The notes beneath the pieces were generated by a model, which saw nothing but the letters and a program-made list of their open reading frames with translations, had not been told where the DNA came from and ran no database searches. Source: an uncultured bacterium (GTDB lineage Bacteria > Verrucomicrobiota > Kiritimatiellia > CAIKKV01 > CAIYGI01). From it: a stretch of 60,564 nt of DNA. This document shows, piece by piece, positions 45,744 through 54,796 of the stretch (the stretch's first letter is position 1; each line of letters starts with the position of its first letter). Where the stretch lies: positions 1 to 60,564 of the forward strand of contig CAIYGI010000146.1 of NCBI GenBank assembly GCA_903925685.1, in the 5' to 3' direction. The position numbers and the translations under genes are program-made.

Positions 45744-47962
45744 GCCTGCGCAGTCCTTTCCACATCCGCCGTCTTCTGCGACGCGCGAGCCTGTCCCGCC
45801 GCCGCCGGCGGCTCCTCGTCCCTGCCTTTAGAGGATGGCGCCTGATAGTAACCGTAGCGGGACGAATTATAATAGGAGGAATAATCGCGCGAGGCGTTGA
45901 GGTTGTTGAGCACAACGCCCAGACAGGGTGTGCCAAGGTTTTCGATCATGGCCTTGGCCCGTGCGGCCATGGCGCGCGGATAGCCGCGGTGTTTCACGAT
46001 CAAGATCACGCCGTCCACCACACTGCAGACGATCGAGGCGTCGCTGACGCCGATGATCGGCGCGGAGTCGAAGATGATCAGATCGTACTTCGGCTTGAGT
46101 TCGTCGATCAAAGTCCGTATCCGCTGACTGTTCAGCAAGCCCTGGGTTGCGGACAAGGGACGGCCGCTGAGGATGAAATCCACGCCCGGCGCGCGCGGGC
46201 TGCGCCGCGTCGCCGCCTCCACCGTGACCGTGCCCTGCAGCAGGTCGGAGAAGCCGGGACGCGCATCGGCCTTGAAAAGTTTATGCTGCGAAGGACGGCG
46301 CAGGTCCGCATCCACCAGCAAAACCTTCTGCCCCAACTGGCCGCAGACGAAGGCCAGATTGAAGGTGGTCAGCGATTTCCCCTCCCCGGCCCCGCCGCTG
46401 GTCATGCAGAGGGTCTTGCCGCCGGCGAAACGCTTGGAAAACTGAATGTTCATGCGCAGCACACGATAGGCTTCGCCATGCCCGGTCTCCGTCTTCTCGT
46501 CGGGCAGCGGCTGAACCTTTTGCGGAACGACTCCGAATATCGGCGCCTTTATATACTGTTCGAACTCTTCGAGTTCCTTGACCGAGGTATCCATGTACTC
46601 GATGAAAAAGACCACGCCAATGCCGCAGAACAATCCGAACACGACGCTCAGGACGATGTTCAGCGGCACGCGGGGGCTGACCGGATGGTTGATTTCCGGC
46701 ACCTCGGCGGTGGCCACCACCTCGACTGGCGTACGCGGCAAATCCAATTCGATGCGTTCCTGCAGGAGCCGCTTCTCCAGCGTATCCCGCAGTTCCCGCT
46801 GCCGCTCCAATTCGGCCTGAAGCTTGACGAACGGCATGTAGCGATCGCTCTGCGCCGAGATTTCCGTGACCTGGGCCGCCTTGAGGTCCTTCTCGGATGC
46901 GGCCAGCTGGCTTTCGGCGATCGCATATTCCGTCTGCAGTCCAGTCACGATGCCCTTCACGGTCTCGTCCATCTTCTGGTGCAGTCCCTCGACCACCTGC
47001 TCCTGCCGGATCACATCCGGATGGCGGGCGCCCAGCGTTTCCTTCAAGCGCCGATACATCGTTTCCGCCTCCACCACCGCGTCGCGAATGGAGGAAAGCA
47101 TGGGATCGCGCACGATCAGCGCCGCGGCGTAGAGCAGTTCGGAACCATGCAGCCTTTGCAGTTCGTCCAGCCGCGTCTTGCGATCCAGCATGTTGTTCCG
47201 CGCCTGGATGCGCGCGCCCTCCAACTGCTGGACGCGAATCGTATCCAGCGACGCCGCCGTGTTACGCCCTGTGCCCATGGCATCGAAAGAACTGATGCTG
47301 AGATCCTTGCGGAGTTTCTCAAGCTTGAGCTCGGTATCCACAACCCGCTTCTGTTCGGCGCGGAACGCGCCCTCAAGGGCCGCCAGCCCGCGCTCGGATT
47401 CGTCGCGCAACGATTTCATGCGATGATCGCGGTAGACGGCGGCGATTTCGTTGACGATGCGCGCCGCATCCTGCCGGGCAATTTCCGGCGAACTGTGGCG
47501 CGTGCTCCTGTAAACGCGCAGCTCGATCAGGTTGGTGTCGCGATACTGCTGCACCTTCATCGATTGTTCGAGTTCGTCGGCTGCCTCCTGCGGAGTATAG
47601 GGACTGCCGTCGTCCGCGTACATGCGCCCGAAGTGTTCCTGAAGTTTGAGGTTGCCGATCACGTCGTAAAGGATCGGGCGCGACTGGATGATCTCGAACT
47701 GGGTGCGCAGGAAATAAGGGTCGTAATTCCAGCCCATGCTCATGTTTTGCTGCGACTTGACCATCTGGAACGGCGGCACGTCCGGATTGTTGTCGCGCAC
47801 GGCGATGCGGGTGGCGGCCATGTAGGTGCGCGGCATCATGATCGTCACAACCACGCCGGTCAGAATCACGAACAGGGAGACCGCGATCATGATCTCCTTG
47901 CGTCCCATCAGCACCCGCCAGTAATCGAGCAGGTGCCCCCCCTCGTGTTGAAGATCGTCCAT
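45740..47962 (-). CDS. polysaccharide chain-length determinant / tyrosine autokinase (Wzc/GumC-like)
   Basis: N-terminal Wzz region with a TM helix, a long coiled coil and a second TM helix. C-terminal P-loop TSGGAGEGKSLTTFNLA..LLVDADLRRP. Confidence 0.85.
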   Translation of the reverse strand: MDDLQHEGGHLLDYWRVLMGRKEIMIAVSLFVILTGVVVTIMMPRTYMAATRIAVRDNNPDVPPFQMVKSQQNMSMGWNYDPYFLRTQFEIIQSRPILYDVIGNLKLQEHFGRMYADDGSPYTPQEAADELEQSMKVQQYRDTNLIELRVYRSTRHSSPEIARQDAARIVNEIAAVYRDHRMKSLRDESERGLAALEGAFRAEQKRVVDTELKLEKLRKDLSISSFDAMGTGRNTAASLDTIRVQQLEGARIQARNNMLDRKTRLDELQRLHGSELLYAAALIVRDPMLSSIRDAVVEAETMYRRLKETLGARHPDVIRQEQVVEGLHQKMDETVKGIVTGLQTEYAIAESQLAASEKDLKAAQVTEISAQSDRYMPFVKLQAELERQRELRDTLEKRLLQERIELDLPRTPVEVVATAEVPEINHPVSPRVPLNIVLSVVFGLFCGIGVVFFIEYMDTSVKELEEFEQYIKAPIFGVVPQKVQPLPDEKTETGHGEAYRVLRMNIQFSKRFAGGKTLCMTSGGAGEGKSLTTFNLAFVCGQLGQKVLLVDADLRRPSQHKLFKADARPGFSDLLQGTVTVEAATRRSPRAPGVDFILSGRPLSATQGLLNSQRIRTLIDELKPKYDLIIFDSAPIIGVSDASIVCSVVDGVILIVKHRGYPRAMAARAKAMIENLGTPCLGVVLNNLNASRDYSSYYNSSRYGYYQAPSSKGRDEEPPAAAGQARASQKTADVERTAQA

Positions 47963-47983
47963 GATTAACTCCAGCCCTCCCTC

Positions 47984-48015
47984 AAAATAAATGGTGAGGC
48001 CGCAAAGGCCTCACC
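47984..48015 (-). terminator. Rho-independent terminator after the outer-membrane barrel gene
   Basis: Minus strand: GGTGAGGCC-TTTGC-GGCCTCACC followed by ATTTATTTT. Confidence 0.6.
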
Positions 48016-48091
48016 ATGACAAGCGCAGATCACGCCCCGCGGATGCAAGGGTTGGCGCAGGCCAAAACCGACGCCGGTCACCCCGTTCCGT

Positions 48092-49351
48092 TTACAACTG
48101 TCCCGTAAACGAAAGATCGACCATGTTGTGGGAATAGGACTCGCGCACGTCCGAATCCCAGCTCTGATATCGATACCCGGCCCCGCAGGAGAAGTTGCGG
48201 TTGATCCGGTAGGTGGCGTTCAAGCCCACGTCGGTCATGCGATCATGCCCGCCGGGCAAATCCACGTGCGAGGTGCTGCTCGCTTCCGCGGGGTAGAAAC
48301 TGTCCGTATATTGTCCAAAGACCGAGAGCATCAGATCGCGCGTCAGATCGTGATCCACGGCCACGCGGAAGGTCGACATCTCCTGAATCGAATACGGCAG
48401 CACGTACGGCATGTAAAAACCGTGTTCAAGCAGCAGGCGCAGGCGTGTCGGGGATGTGCCGCCCAGCGTTGTCTCAAGACGCGCCAGCCAGCCGCCTTTC
48501 GAACCGATGCTGCTGTCGTCGTAAACGGCTTCCTGATACCCAGCCGTGATCCGGCCCGTGAAATCCGGAGTGAAAATCTTTTCCAACCCGCCGGCGAAGG
48601 TGTAGGCCGTCGAACCACGGTCCTGGTTCGTGCTGGCGTTCTTGTATATCGACGCACCCAACTGTCCAAAGGCATTCAACCCCGGCGTCACCGTGTGCCC
48701 GACTTCCAGCGTACTGTCGTACATATCCTCGTCCCATTCGTCGGCGACCGCCTGCTCCGTGTACCGCTTCAGATTGTAAGAGGCATCCAACCGGCCATAG
48801 GACACGCGCGAGGGGGTCACGTCCAAGCTTCCATAGAGGCGATTGCCAATATAGGTGTTGTTCTGGCGCTGCGCGACGCCGCCCTCCGTGACGGCCGGAT
48901 CGTCGGTATAAGCGAATATATCGCCGGCCTTGAACCCCACCAGCGGACTGAACTGCCGCGCCACGGTCAATCCAGCCGATTGGTACCACTCTTCGCGATT
49001 CTGCGCGTTGCCGTCCGCGACCGAGCGCGGATTGCTGCGCCAGGTGTAGGAAGGTTCGTAAAACAGGCGCAGGAAGGTCTCGTCGAGGTTGTACAACAAG
49101 GTCGCCCGCGGCCGTACGATCAGGTCCAGATCGCTTTGGGGGTTGTCCTTGAGGGCGTCGCGATTGTCGTCGTAATGCGCCGCGACGGTCAGCGAGAGTA
49201 TCCAACGTTCCGTATCCGCCACCGGCTGATCCCGGTCGAGCGCCGGGGTCGGCTGGCCCCGATTGGCATTCTGCGCAAAGGCTCCCGCCGCCATGAAGAC
49301 ACATCCTGCGCTCAAACTCATCCACCACACAGCCAAGGTTTTTTTTGTCAT
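48092..49351 (-). CDS. outer-membrane beta-barrel protein (polysaccharide-cluster associated)
   Basis: Start at MTKKTLAVWWMSLSAGCVFMAAGAFAQ (signal peptide). Alternating beta-strand pattern, aromatic-rich, and a C-terminal ..DLSFTGQL ending typical of barrels. Confidence 0.6.
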   Translation of the reverse strand: MTKKTLAVWWMSLSAGCVFMAAGAFAQNANRGQPTPALDRDQPVADTERWILSLTVAAHYDDNRDALKDNPQSDLDLIVRPRATLLYNLDETFLRLFYEPSYTWRSNPRSVADGNAQNREEWYQSAGLTVARQFSPLVGFKAGDIFAYTDDPAVTEGGVAQRQNNTYIGNRLYGSLDVTPSRVSYGRLDASYNLKRYTEQAVADEWDEDMYDSTLEVGHTVTPGLNAFGQLGASIYKNASTNQDRGSTAYTFAGGLEKIFTPDFTGRITAGYQEAVYDDSSIGSKGGWLARLETTLGGTSPTRLRLLLEHGFYMPYVLPYSIQEMSTFRVAVDHDLTRDLMLSVFGQYTDSFYPAEASSTSHVDLPGGHDRMTDVGLNATYRINRNFSCGAGYRYQSWDSDVRESYSHNMVDLSFTGQL

Positions 49352-49404
49352 TGCGTATTTCCTCCGCCCGCTTGATTTACAGATCGATGATTCGTGTGTC
49401 GAAC

Positions 49405-49430
49405 AAAAAAGCCGGTTCCGCAGGCCGGCC
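49405..49430 (-). terminator. possible weak terminator after the poly-Thr protein gene
   Basis: Minus strand: GCCGG-CCTGCGGAA-CCGGC followed by TTTTTT. The stem is short. Confidence 0.35.
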
Positions 49431-50048
49431 TCAGCGTTTGCCGACCGGCGTCGGCGTCGGTTGAGGTCCCGGGATCGTGGTCGTGGTTGTCGTTGTGGTG
49501 GTAGTAGTAGTTGTTGTTGTGGTGGTGGTCGTGGTCGTCGTGCCGGGCGGCACAATCACGTTTACGATCGTTTCCGACTTGCCGTTCGGCTTCGGAATCG
49601 TCACGGTGACGGTGACAACACCGCCGACGGTAACCGCCGAGTAGGTGCTGCCGGCCGGCAACGTGATCGTTTTCGCAGGCTGTCCGTTCTTGCCGGGCAC
49701 CACCATCTGAACCGAACCCTTGGTGACTTCGACCTTGATCTGGGAGTGATCGGCATTGGCCGTTACGAGCAGCGTCGTGTCGTTCTGGACCAGTAGTTCG
49801 TTATTGGGGGCCAGGGAGACCACAACGGAGGATTTTTTTCCAGTCTGGAACACTGTGCCGTAAGGATAGACCCCGCCTTCCTGGGCGGCGACGAATTCGT
49901 CCGAGCCCGGCAACTTGACCAGGCATTCACCCGTGATATGCTTCACGGTAATATTATTCGTTGCGGTCGCGGCGACCGCATTAACCGTACTGCCCAGAAA
50001 CAGCACGGCAACCACTGCAATAGCCAGCATGGAACTCGTTTTTTTCAT
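49431..50048 (-). CDS. secreted protein with a C-terminal 22-residue poly-threonine tract
   Basis: Only the last 205 aa of the tracked 501-aa ORF are used. Signal peptide MKKTSSMLAIAVVAVLFLGSTVNAVAA. 22 consecutive Thr codons (49476-49541) are followed by IPGPQPTPTPVGKR. Confidence 0.6.
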   Translation of the reverse strand: MKKTSSMLAIAVVAVLFLGSTVNAVAATATNNITVKHITGECLVKLPGSDEFVAAQEGGVYPYGTVFQTGKKSSVVVSLAPNNELLVQNDTTLLVTANADHSQIKVEVTKGSVQMVVPGKNGQPAKTITLPAGSTYSAVTVGGVVTVTVTIPKPNGKSETIVNVIVPPGTTTTTTTTTTTTTTTTTTTTTTIPGPQPTPTPVGKR

Positions 50049-50315
50049 GACGCTCCTTCTTAAGTTTTCGGACACCACAAACCTATACGGATAAGTTGCG
50101 CTTTTGAATGCACGCATGTCAACACGTTTTTTTGCACGTTTTTTGGGCGCACAAGCCCTTGTCAGAAGCAGGGGATATGGAAGCGGGAAAGGCTGGAATG
50201 GTAAGAATTTCCAAATAGCCCGGGTCCCCACCCCGTATTGGGCGCTGTATTGCGCGCTTGGGGGGACGGGCGCGGACGTGCTAGCATGCCCGGCCACGGA
50301 GGGGGATGGATCGCA

Positions 50316-51134
50316 ATGAACAACTTGCATGCAACGGCGGCGGTGGATCCCAAGGCGCGGCTGGGCGCGGATGTCGTGATCGGGCCGTACTCGGTCGTCG
50401 AAGGCGACGTGGAAATAGGCGACGGCTGCGAGATCGGCCCGCATGTGGTATTGCGCCGTTATACGACACTGGGCCCGGCTTGCCGCGTGCATGCCGGAGC
50501 GGTGCTGGGCGAACCGGCCCAGGATCTCGGCTTCAAGGACGCGCCCACCTATGTGCGCATCGGACGCGGCTGCACCATCCGCGAAGGCGTGACCATCCAC
50601 CGCGCGACAAAGCCGGAAACCGCCACCGAAGTGGGCGACGGCGTCTTCCTGATGGTGCAAAGCCACATCGCGCATGACGTGCATGTCGGCGCGCACACGA
50701 TCATCGCCAACGCCACGCTGCTCGGCGGCCATGTCCATGTCGGCGAACGGGTCTTTCTCAGCGCCCACGTGCTGGTCCACCAGTTCGTCCGCATCGGACG
50801 GCTGGCGATGGTGGCGGGCGCGTCGGGGCTTTCGCAGGACGTTCCGCCCTTCTGCACCACACGGCCGATGACCGTCAATACCCTGCTGGGGGTCAACCGA
50901 ATCGGCCTCAAGCGAGCCGGACTGACGCCCGGGCAACGCAACGAAGTCAAGCGGGCCTTCGATCTGCTCTACTGTTCCGGCCTCAACGCCGTCCAGGCCG
51001 TGGAAAAAATTCGCGCCCAGGCGCTGGCCGGACCAGGCGAGGAACTGGCGGCCTTTGTCGCCGCCTCCCGACGCGGCTGCTGCCAGTTGCGCGCCGACCG
51101 CGCCGCCATCACCAGCGACACGGATGGATTCTGA
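50316..51134 (+). CDS. lpxA: acyl-ACP--UDP-N-acetylglucosamine O-acyltransferase
   Basis: Left-handed beta-helix hexapeptide repeats from IHATAAVDP-like start (LHATAAVDPKARLGADVVIGPYSVVEGDVEIGDG..). C-terminal helical domain. About 272 aa. Confidence 0.88.
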   Translation: MNNLHATAAVDPKARLGADVVIGPYSVVEGDVEIGDGCEIGPHVVLRRYTTLGPACRVHAGAVLGEPAQDLGFKDAPTYVRIGRGCTIREGVTIHRATKPETATEVGDGVFLMVQSHIAHDVHVGAHTIIANATLLGGHVHVGERVFLSAHVLVHQFVRIGRLAMVAGASGLSQDVPPFCTTRPMTVNTLLGVNRIGLKRAGLTPGQRNEVKRAFDLLYCSGLNAVQAVEKIRAQALAGPGEELAAFVAASRRGCCQLRADRAAITSDTDGF

Positions 51135-51181
51135 TCCGGTTGTCTATTTATCCATCCTCCGTATTTTAAAAATATTTTAGA

Positions 51182-51209
51182 TTGACAGAAAATCCGTGTG
51201 AATTATCAT
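51182..51209 (+). promoter_or_regulatory. sigma70-like promoter for ilvC
   Basis: TTGACA (51182-87), 16 nt, TATCAT (51204-09). AGGAGG RBS at 51227-32 and ATG at 51238. Confidence 0.55.
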
Positions 51210-51237
51210 GTCGGCTCATTACAATCAGGAGGTCAGA

Positions 51238-52338
51238 ATGGCAGTCATAAATTTTGGCGGAGTGAAGGAATCGGTCGTAACGCGCAAGGAATTCACGCTG
51301 GCCAGAGCCCGCAAGGTGCTGGCGAAGGAAACCCTGGCGATCATTGGCTACGGCGTGCAGGGTCCCGCGCAGTCGCTCAACTTGAAGGAAAACGGTTTTC
51401 GCGTCATTATCGGCCAGGATCCCGCCTTCAAGCGCGACTGGGAGCGCGCCCTGCAGGACGGCTGGGTGCCAGGCAAAACGCTGTTCGATATTCCAGAGGC
51501 GGTGCGCCGCGGTACGATCGTTCAGATGCTCGTTTCGGATGCCGCCCAAAGGAGCATCTGGCCCGTCGTCAAGGCCAACCTGAAGAAGGGGGATGCGCTC
51601 TATTTTTCGCACGGTTTCTCGATCGTCTACAAGGACCAGACCAAGATCGTCCCGCCCAAGAACGTGGACGTGATTCTGGTCGCCCCGAAGGGCTCGGGCA
51701 CCTCCGTGCGCCGCAACTTCCTCTCCGGCGCCGGCATCAACTCCAGTTTCGCCGTCGGCCATGATGCAACCGGCCGCGCGCGGGAACGCTGCCTGGCCGT
51801 CGGAATCGGCATCGGCTCGGGCTACCTTTTCCCGACCACCTTCGAGAAGGAAGTGCATAGCGATCTCACCGGCGAGCGCGGCGTGCTGATGGGCGCGCTG
51901 GCGGGCATGATGGAGGCCCAGTACGATGTGCTGCGCAAGAACGGCCACTCGCCCTCCGAGGCCTTCAACGAGACATCCGAGGAACTGACCCAAAGTCTGA
52001 TCCGGCTGGTGGACGAGAACGGCATGGACTGGATGTACAAGAACTGCTCGGCCACCGCCCAACACGGCGCGCTCAAGTGGCGCCCGATCTTCAAGAAGGC
52101 CAATCTGCCGGTCTTCAAGAAACTCTACGCCTCGGTCATGAAAGGCATCGAGACGCGCGAAGTGCTGCGCGACTGCGGCCGCAAGGACTATCAAAAGCTG
52201 CTCGGAGCCAAGCTCGACGGACTGGGCCAGTCGGAAATGTGGCGGGCGGGCGCCGCCGTGCGCGCGCTGCGTCCCCGCGAGCAGGCCAAGGCGAGATCGG
52301 GCACCGCCAAGGGAACCGGCGGACGCTTGTCCAACTAA
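51238..52338 (+). CDS. ilvC: ketol-acid reductoisomerase
   Basis: IIGYGVQGPAQSLNLKENG Rossmann motif and a knotted C-terminal domain. About 366 aa. Confidence 0.92.
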   Translation: MAVINFGGVKESVVTRKEFTLARARKVLAKETLAIIGYGVQGPAQSLNLKENGFRVIIGQDPAFKRDWERALQDGWVPGKTLFDIPEAVRRGTIVQMLVSDAAQRSIWPVVKANLKKGDALYFSHGFSIVYKDQTKIVPPKNVDVILVAPKGSGTSVRRNFLSGAGINSSFAVGHDATGRARERCLAVGIGIGSGYLFPTTFEKEVHSDLTGERGVLMGALAGMMEAQYDVLRKNGHSPSEAFNETSEELTQSLIRLVDENGMDWMYKNCSATAQHGALKWRPIFKKANLPVFKKLYASVMKGIETREVLRDCGRKDYQKLLGAKLDGLGQSEMWRAGAAVRALRPREQAKARSGTAKGTGGRLSN

Positions 52339-52346
52339 GGCTGGTA

Positions 52347-53213
52347 CTATTTCGAAAGCGCGCGGCGGACTTCGCAGACCCGGGCCAGGAAGGCCTGCAC
52401 GCCGGGTTCGTCGCCCGCCGCGATTTGCTCCCGCACGGCGCCGAGCGCCTGCGTGAACCGGTCCAGCGCGGCCAGCACCGCCGCGCGGTTGGTGAAGACC
52501 ACGTCGCGCCACATCTCCGCTGAACCCGCCGCCACGCGCGTCGTATCGCGGAAACCCGAGCCGCAGAACGAAACGCTCTCCGCGTCAGGATTCGCTCCCA
52601 GCACGGCTTCGACCAGCGCCGCCGCCGCCAGATGCGGCAGATGACTGGTCCGTGCCACCAGCCGGTCGTGCGTGTCCGGATCCATCACGCGCACCGATCC
52701 GCCGACGTTCCACCAGAGGCGGCAGACACGCTCGACCGCCTCGGGATTGGCCGCCGCCGGCGGCGTCACCGCCACCATCGCACCCTCGTACAGCCCCGCC
52801 CGCGCCGCCTCCAGCCCGCTGCGTTCGGAACCGGCCATCGGATGACTGCCCACAAAAGTCGCGCGCCCGTCGGGCCAGCATCCCGCCAGGCCGCGCATGA
52901 TCTCGCCCTTGGTGCTGCCGACATCGGTCACCACGGCGCCGTCGGCCACGGCCGCGGCACAGGCCTTCACAAGCGGCGCAATGAAGGAAATCGGCGTGCC
53001 CACCACAACCAGCTCCGCGCCGCGTACGGCCTCTTCGGGCGTGCCGGCCGTCCCTGTGACGGCCCCAGCCGCCAGGGCCGCCGACGCCGTCTCCGGCCGC
53101 CGCGCCCAGCCAATCACCTCGCGCGCCACGCCGCGCCGGCGCAACGCCAGCCCGAGCGATCCGCCCATCAACCCCAAACCCAAAATCGTCACCCGCTGAA
53201 AGGCCGCTTGCAT
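52347..53213 (-). CDS. tyrA: prephenate (arogenate) dehydrogenase
   Basis: VTILGLGLMGGSLGLAL NAD-binding start, GSHPMAGSE catalytic region and SGFRDTTRVA. Confidence 0.87.
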   Translation of the reverse strand: MQAAFQRVTILGLGLMGGSLGLALRRRGVAREVIGWARRPETASAALAAGAVTGTAGTPEEAVRGAELVVVGTPISFIAPLVKACAAAVADGAVVTDVGSTKGEIMRGLAGCWPDGRATFVGSHPMAGSERSGLEAARAGLYEGAMVAVTPPAAANPEAVERVCRLWWNVGGSVRVMDPDTHDRLVARTSHLPHLAAAALVEAVLGANPDAESVSFCGSGFRDTTRVAAGSAEMWRDVVFTNRAAVLAALDRFTQALGAVREQIAAGDEPGVQAFLARVCEVRRALSK

Positions 53214-53307
53214 GCCGACACACTAGCGGGAAGACGGGAGGACCGCAAGCGGGAGGTTCGACTTATTTCATTTGAATCCGGCGCAGCCGCCCCTATCATG
53301 TACGGAT

Positions 53308-54084
53308 ATGCCAGCGCCATCCGCTCCGCCCACGATCGTCCCCTCGCCCGCCACCGGCGGCCGCCTCTGGCGCTTTGACAGCCTGCCTTCGACCAACCAG
53401 TGGGCCCGTGAAAACAACGCGTCGCTGCAGCCTGGCGACGTGATCGCAACGCAGCACCAGACCGCCGGACGCGGACGCTTCGATCGGCCGTGGTTCGCGG
53501 CACCTGGCGCCAGCCTTGCCCTGAGTCTCGTACTGGATGGCGTCGCCCTTGCCGGCGTGGCGCCCAATCTGGCCCAGGCCGCCGCCCTCGGCGTGCGGCG
53601 CACACTGGCGCGGGCAGGCATCGCGGCCCTGCTGCAGTGGCCCAATGACATCCTGGTGGAAAACCGGAAAATCGCCGGATTGCTGGCCGAAAGCACGGAC
53701 GCTGGACGCCGCATCGTGCTCGGATTGGGATTGAACGTAAACGTCCCGGCGGCGACGCTCAAGAGCGTGATCCCCGAGCGGCCGGCGACTTCGATGGCGG
53801 TCGAAACCGGACTGGCCTTCGATCTGGAAGCCGTTCAGGCGGAGGTCCTTGAATCGGTAGTCCGCGCCCTGCGGGAACTTCAAGCCGGCGGCTTCGCCGC
53901 CCTGGCGCCCGAGTGGGCTGCGCACGACGCGCTCAGCGGACGCAGCCTGCGCCTGGCTCTCAACGAGACGCAGACCGTGGAAGGACGTTACGCGGGAGTG
54001 GACGAACTGGGACGCCTGTGCCTGACGGACAAACAGGGAAAAAACACCGCCTTCTGGGCCGGTGAAGTGCAAAGATTGCTCTGA
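53308..54084 (+). CDS. birA: biotin--[acetyl-CoA-carboxylase] ligase (no N-terminal HTH)
   Basis: SLPSTNQWA, the biotin-binding loop GRGRFDRPW, and KWPNDI-like QWPNDILVENRKIAGLLAE. Confidence 0.85.
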   Translation: MPAPSAPPTIVPSPATGGRLWRFDSLPSTNQWARENNASLQPGDVIATQHQTAGRGRFDRPWFAAPGASLALSLVLDGVALAGVAPNLAQAAALGVRRTLARAGIAALLQWPNDILVENRKIAGLLAESTDAGRRIVLGLGLNVNVPAATLKSVIPERPATSMAVETGLAFDLEAVQAEVLESVVRALRELQAGGFAALAPEWAAHDALSGRSLRLALNETQTVEGRYAGVDELGRLCLTDKQGKNTAFWAGEVQRLL

Positions 54085-54130
54085 TCAAAACCGCTTGTCC
54101 CTCTTCACTCGCGCCGCCTTCCTGCGCTCG

Positions 54131-54226
54131 TGCTACGTAGCGAAGCGCTACTTCGCAGAGTAGCAGCAGGTGGCGTGCCTGTCGCGAAACAGTCTCTTCA
54201 AACCTATACATGACAGGCACGCCACC
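54131..54226. repeat. two adjacent strong hairpins (REP-like or small structured RNA)
   Basis: Nested stem TGCTAC..GCGAAG-CGCTA-CTTCGC..GTAGCA (54131-54165). A perfect 15-bp stem follows: GGTGGCGTGCCTGTC (54169-83) with GACAGGCACGCCACC (54212-26). Confidence 0.7.
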
Positions 54227-54301
54227 GCGCGCAGCGCGACGGCTACGACGACCAACATCAACGCGAACGTCGGTTTCTCAGATCAGGCGCAATCCCTAAA
54301 A

Positions 54302-54329
54302 GCCTTCAGCCTTCAGCCTAAACAACCTG
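54302..54329 (+). repeat. CCTTCAGCC x2 plus TAAACAACCTG dispersed word
   Basis: GCCTTCAGCCTTCAGCCTAAACAACCTG shares a 19-mer with 31161-31179. Confidence 0.8.
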
Positions 54330-54335
54330 TCTTTC

Positions 54336-54656
54336 CTACCGCACCACGTCGCCGCTGCCAGGCAGGTTCGCAACTTCCATCGTACCCGGCGCGCTCTGCA
54401 TGGCCGACTTGGCGGTCGGAAGCTCTTCCTTCGCGGCAACAGCCTTCGCGGGCTTAACCTGCGCCACAACCACCGCCGCTACCGCCACTGGCTTCGGTTG
54501 AACCGCCGCCACGGAGATAACTTTCGGGGTGGCCTGCTCTACCTTGACCGCCGCCACCTGCGATGTCTGCACGTTGTTTTTCTGTACGACCATGTGAACG
54601 GCCAGCGCAATCACCACCACCATCATCGTCATCTGAAAAACCATTCTCGCGATCAT
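54336..54656 (-). CDS. hypothetical small membrane-anchored A/V/K-rich protein
   Basis: MIARMVFQMTMMVVVIALAVHMVV TM helix followed by low-complexity AAVKVEQATPKV..AVAAVVVAQVKPAK. I recognise no family, and coding status is uncertain. Confidence 0.35.
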   Translation of the reverse strand: MIARMVFQMTMMVVVIALAVHMVVQKNNVQTSQVAAVKVEQATPKVISVAAVQPKPVAVAAVVVAQVKPAKAVAAKEELPTAKSAMQSAPGTMEVANLPGSGDVVR

Positions 54657-54796
54657 AAGCACGCTCCTCTCCGCAATCAATTCCCCACCGCAAGATCTAT
54701 TATGGGACTCCACCGAATAAATGTCAACAAGTTCTATCTAATTTCCAAGTTTTCACTTCGTCGGTTGGAAATTGAGTGTTGGTTTCAGCGTTCGGG

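Noticed and set aside
45989-47968. 659-aa plus-strand ORF
   Set aside because: It is antisense to the Wzc-like gene, which has clear P-loop and Wzz features.
50049-50936. N-terminal 296 aa of the tracked 501-aa ORF (49431-50936)
   Set aside because: This part is antisense to lpxA and crosses the divergent promoter region. A signal-peptide start with a proper ATG exists at 50048, so only the last 205 aa are kept.
51166-52512. 448-aa minus-strand ORF
   Set aside because: It is antisense to ilvC and overlaps tyrA. No motifs are present.
54740-54773. AT-rich 9-bp hairpin (AATTTCCAA..TTGGAAATT) after the URO-D-like gene as a terminator
   Set aside because: There is no adjacent T-run on the relevant strand. 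I noted it only as another intergenic inverted repeat.
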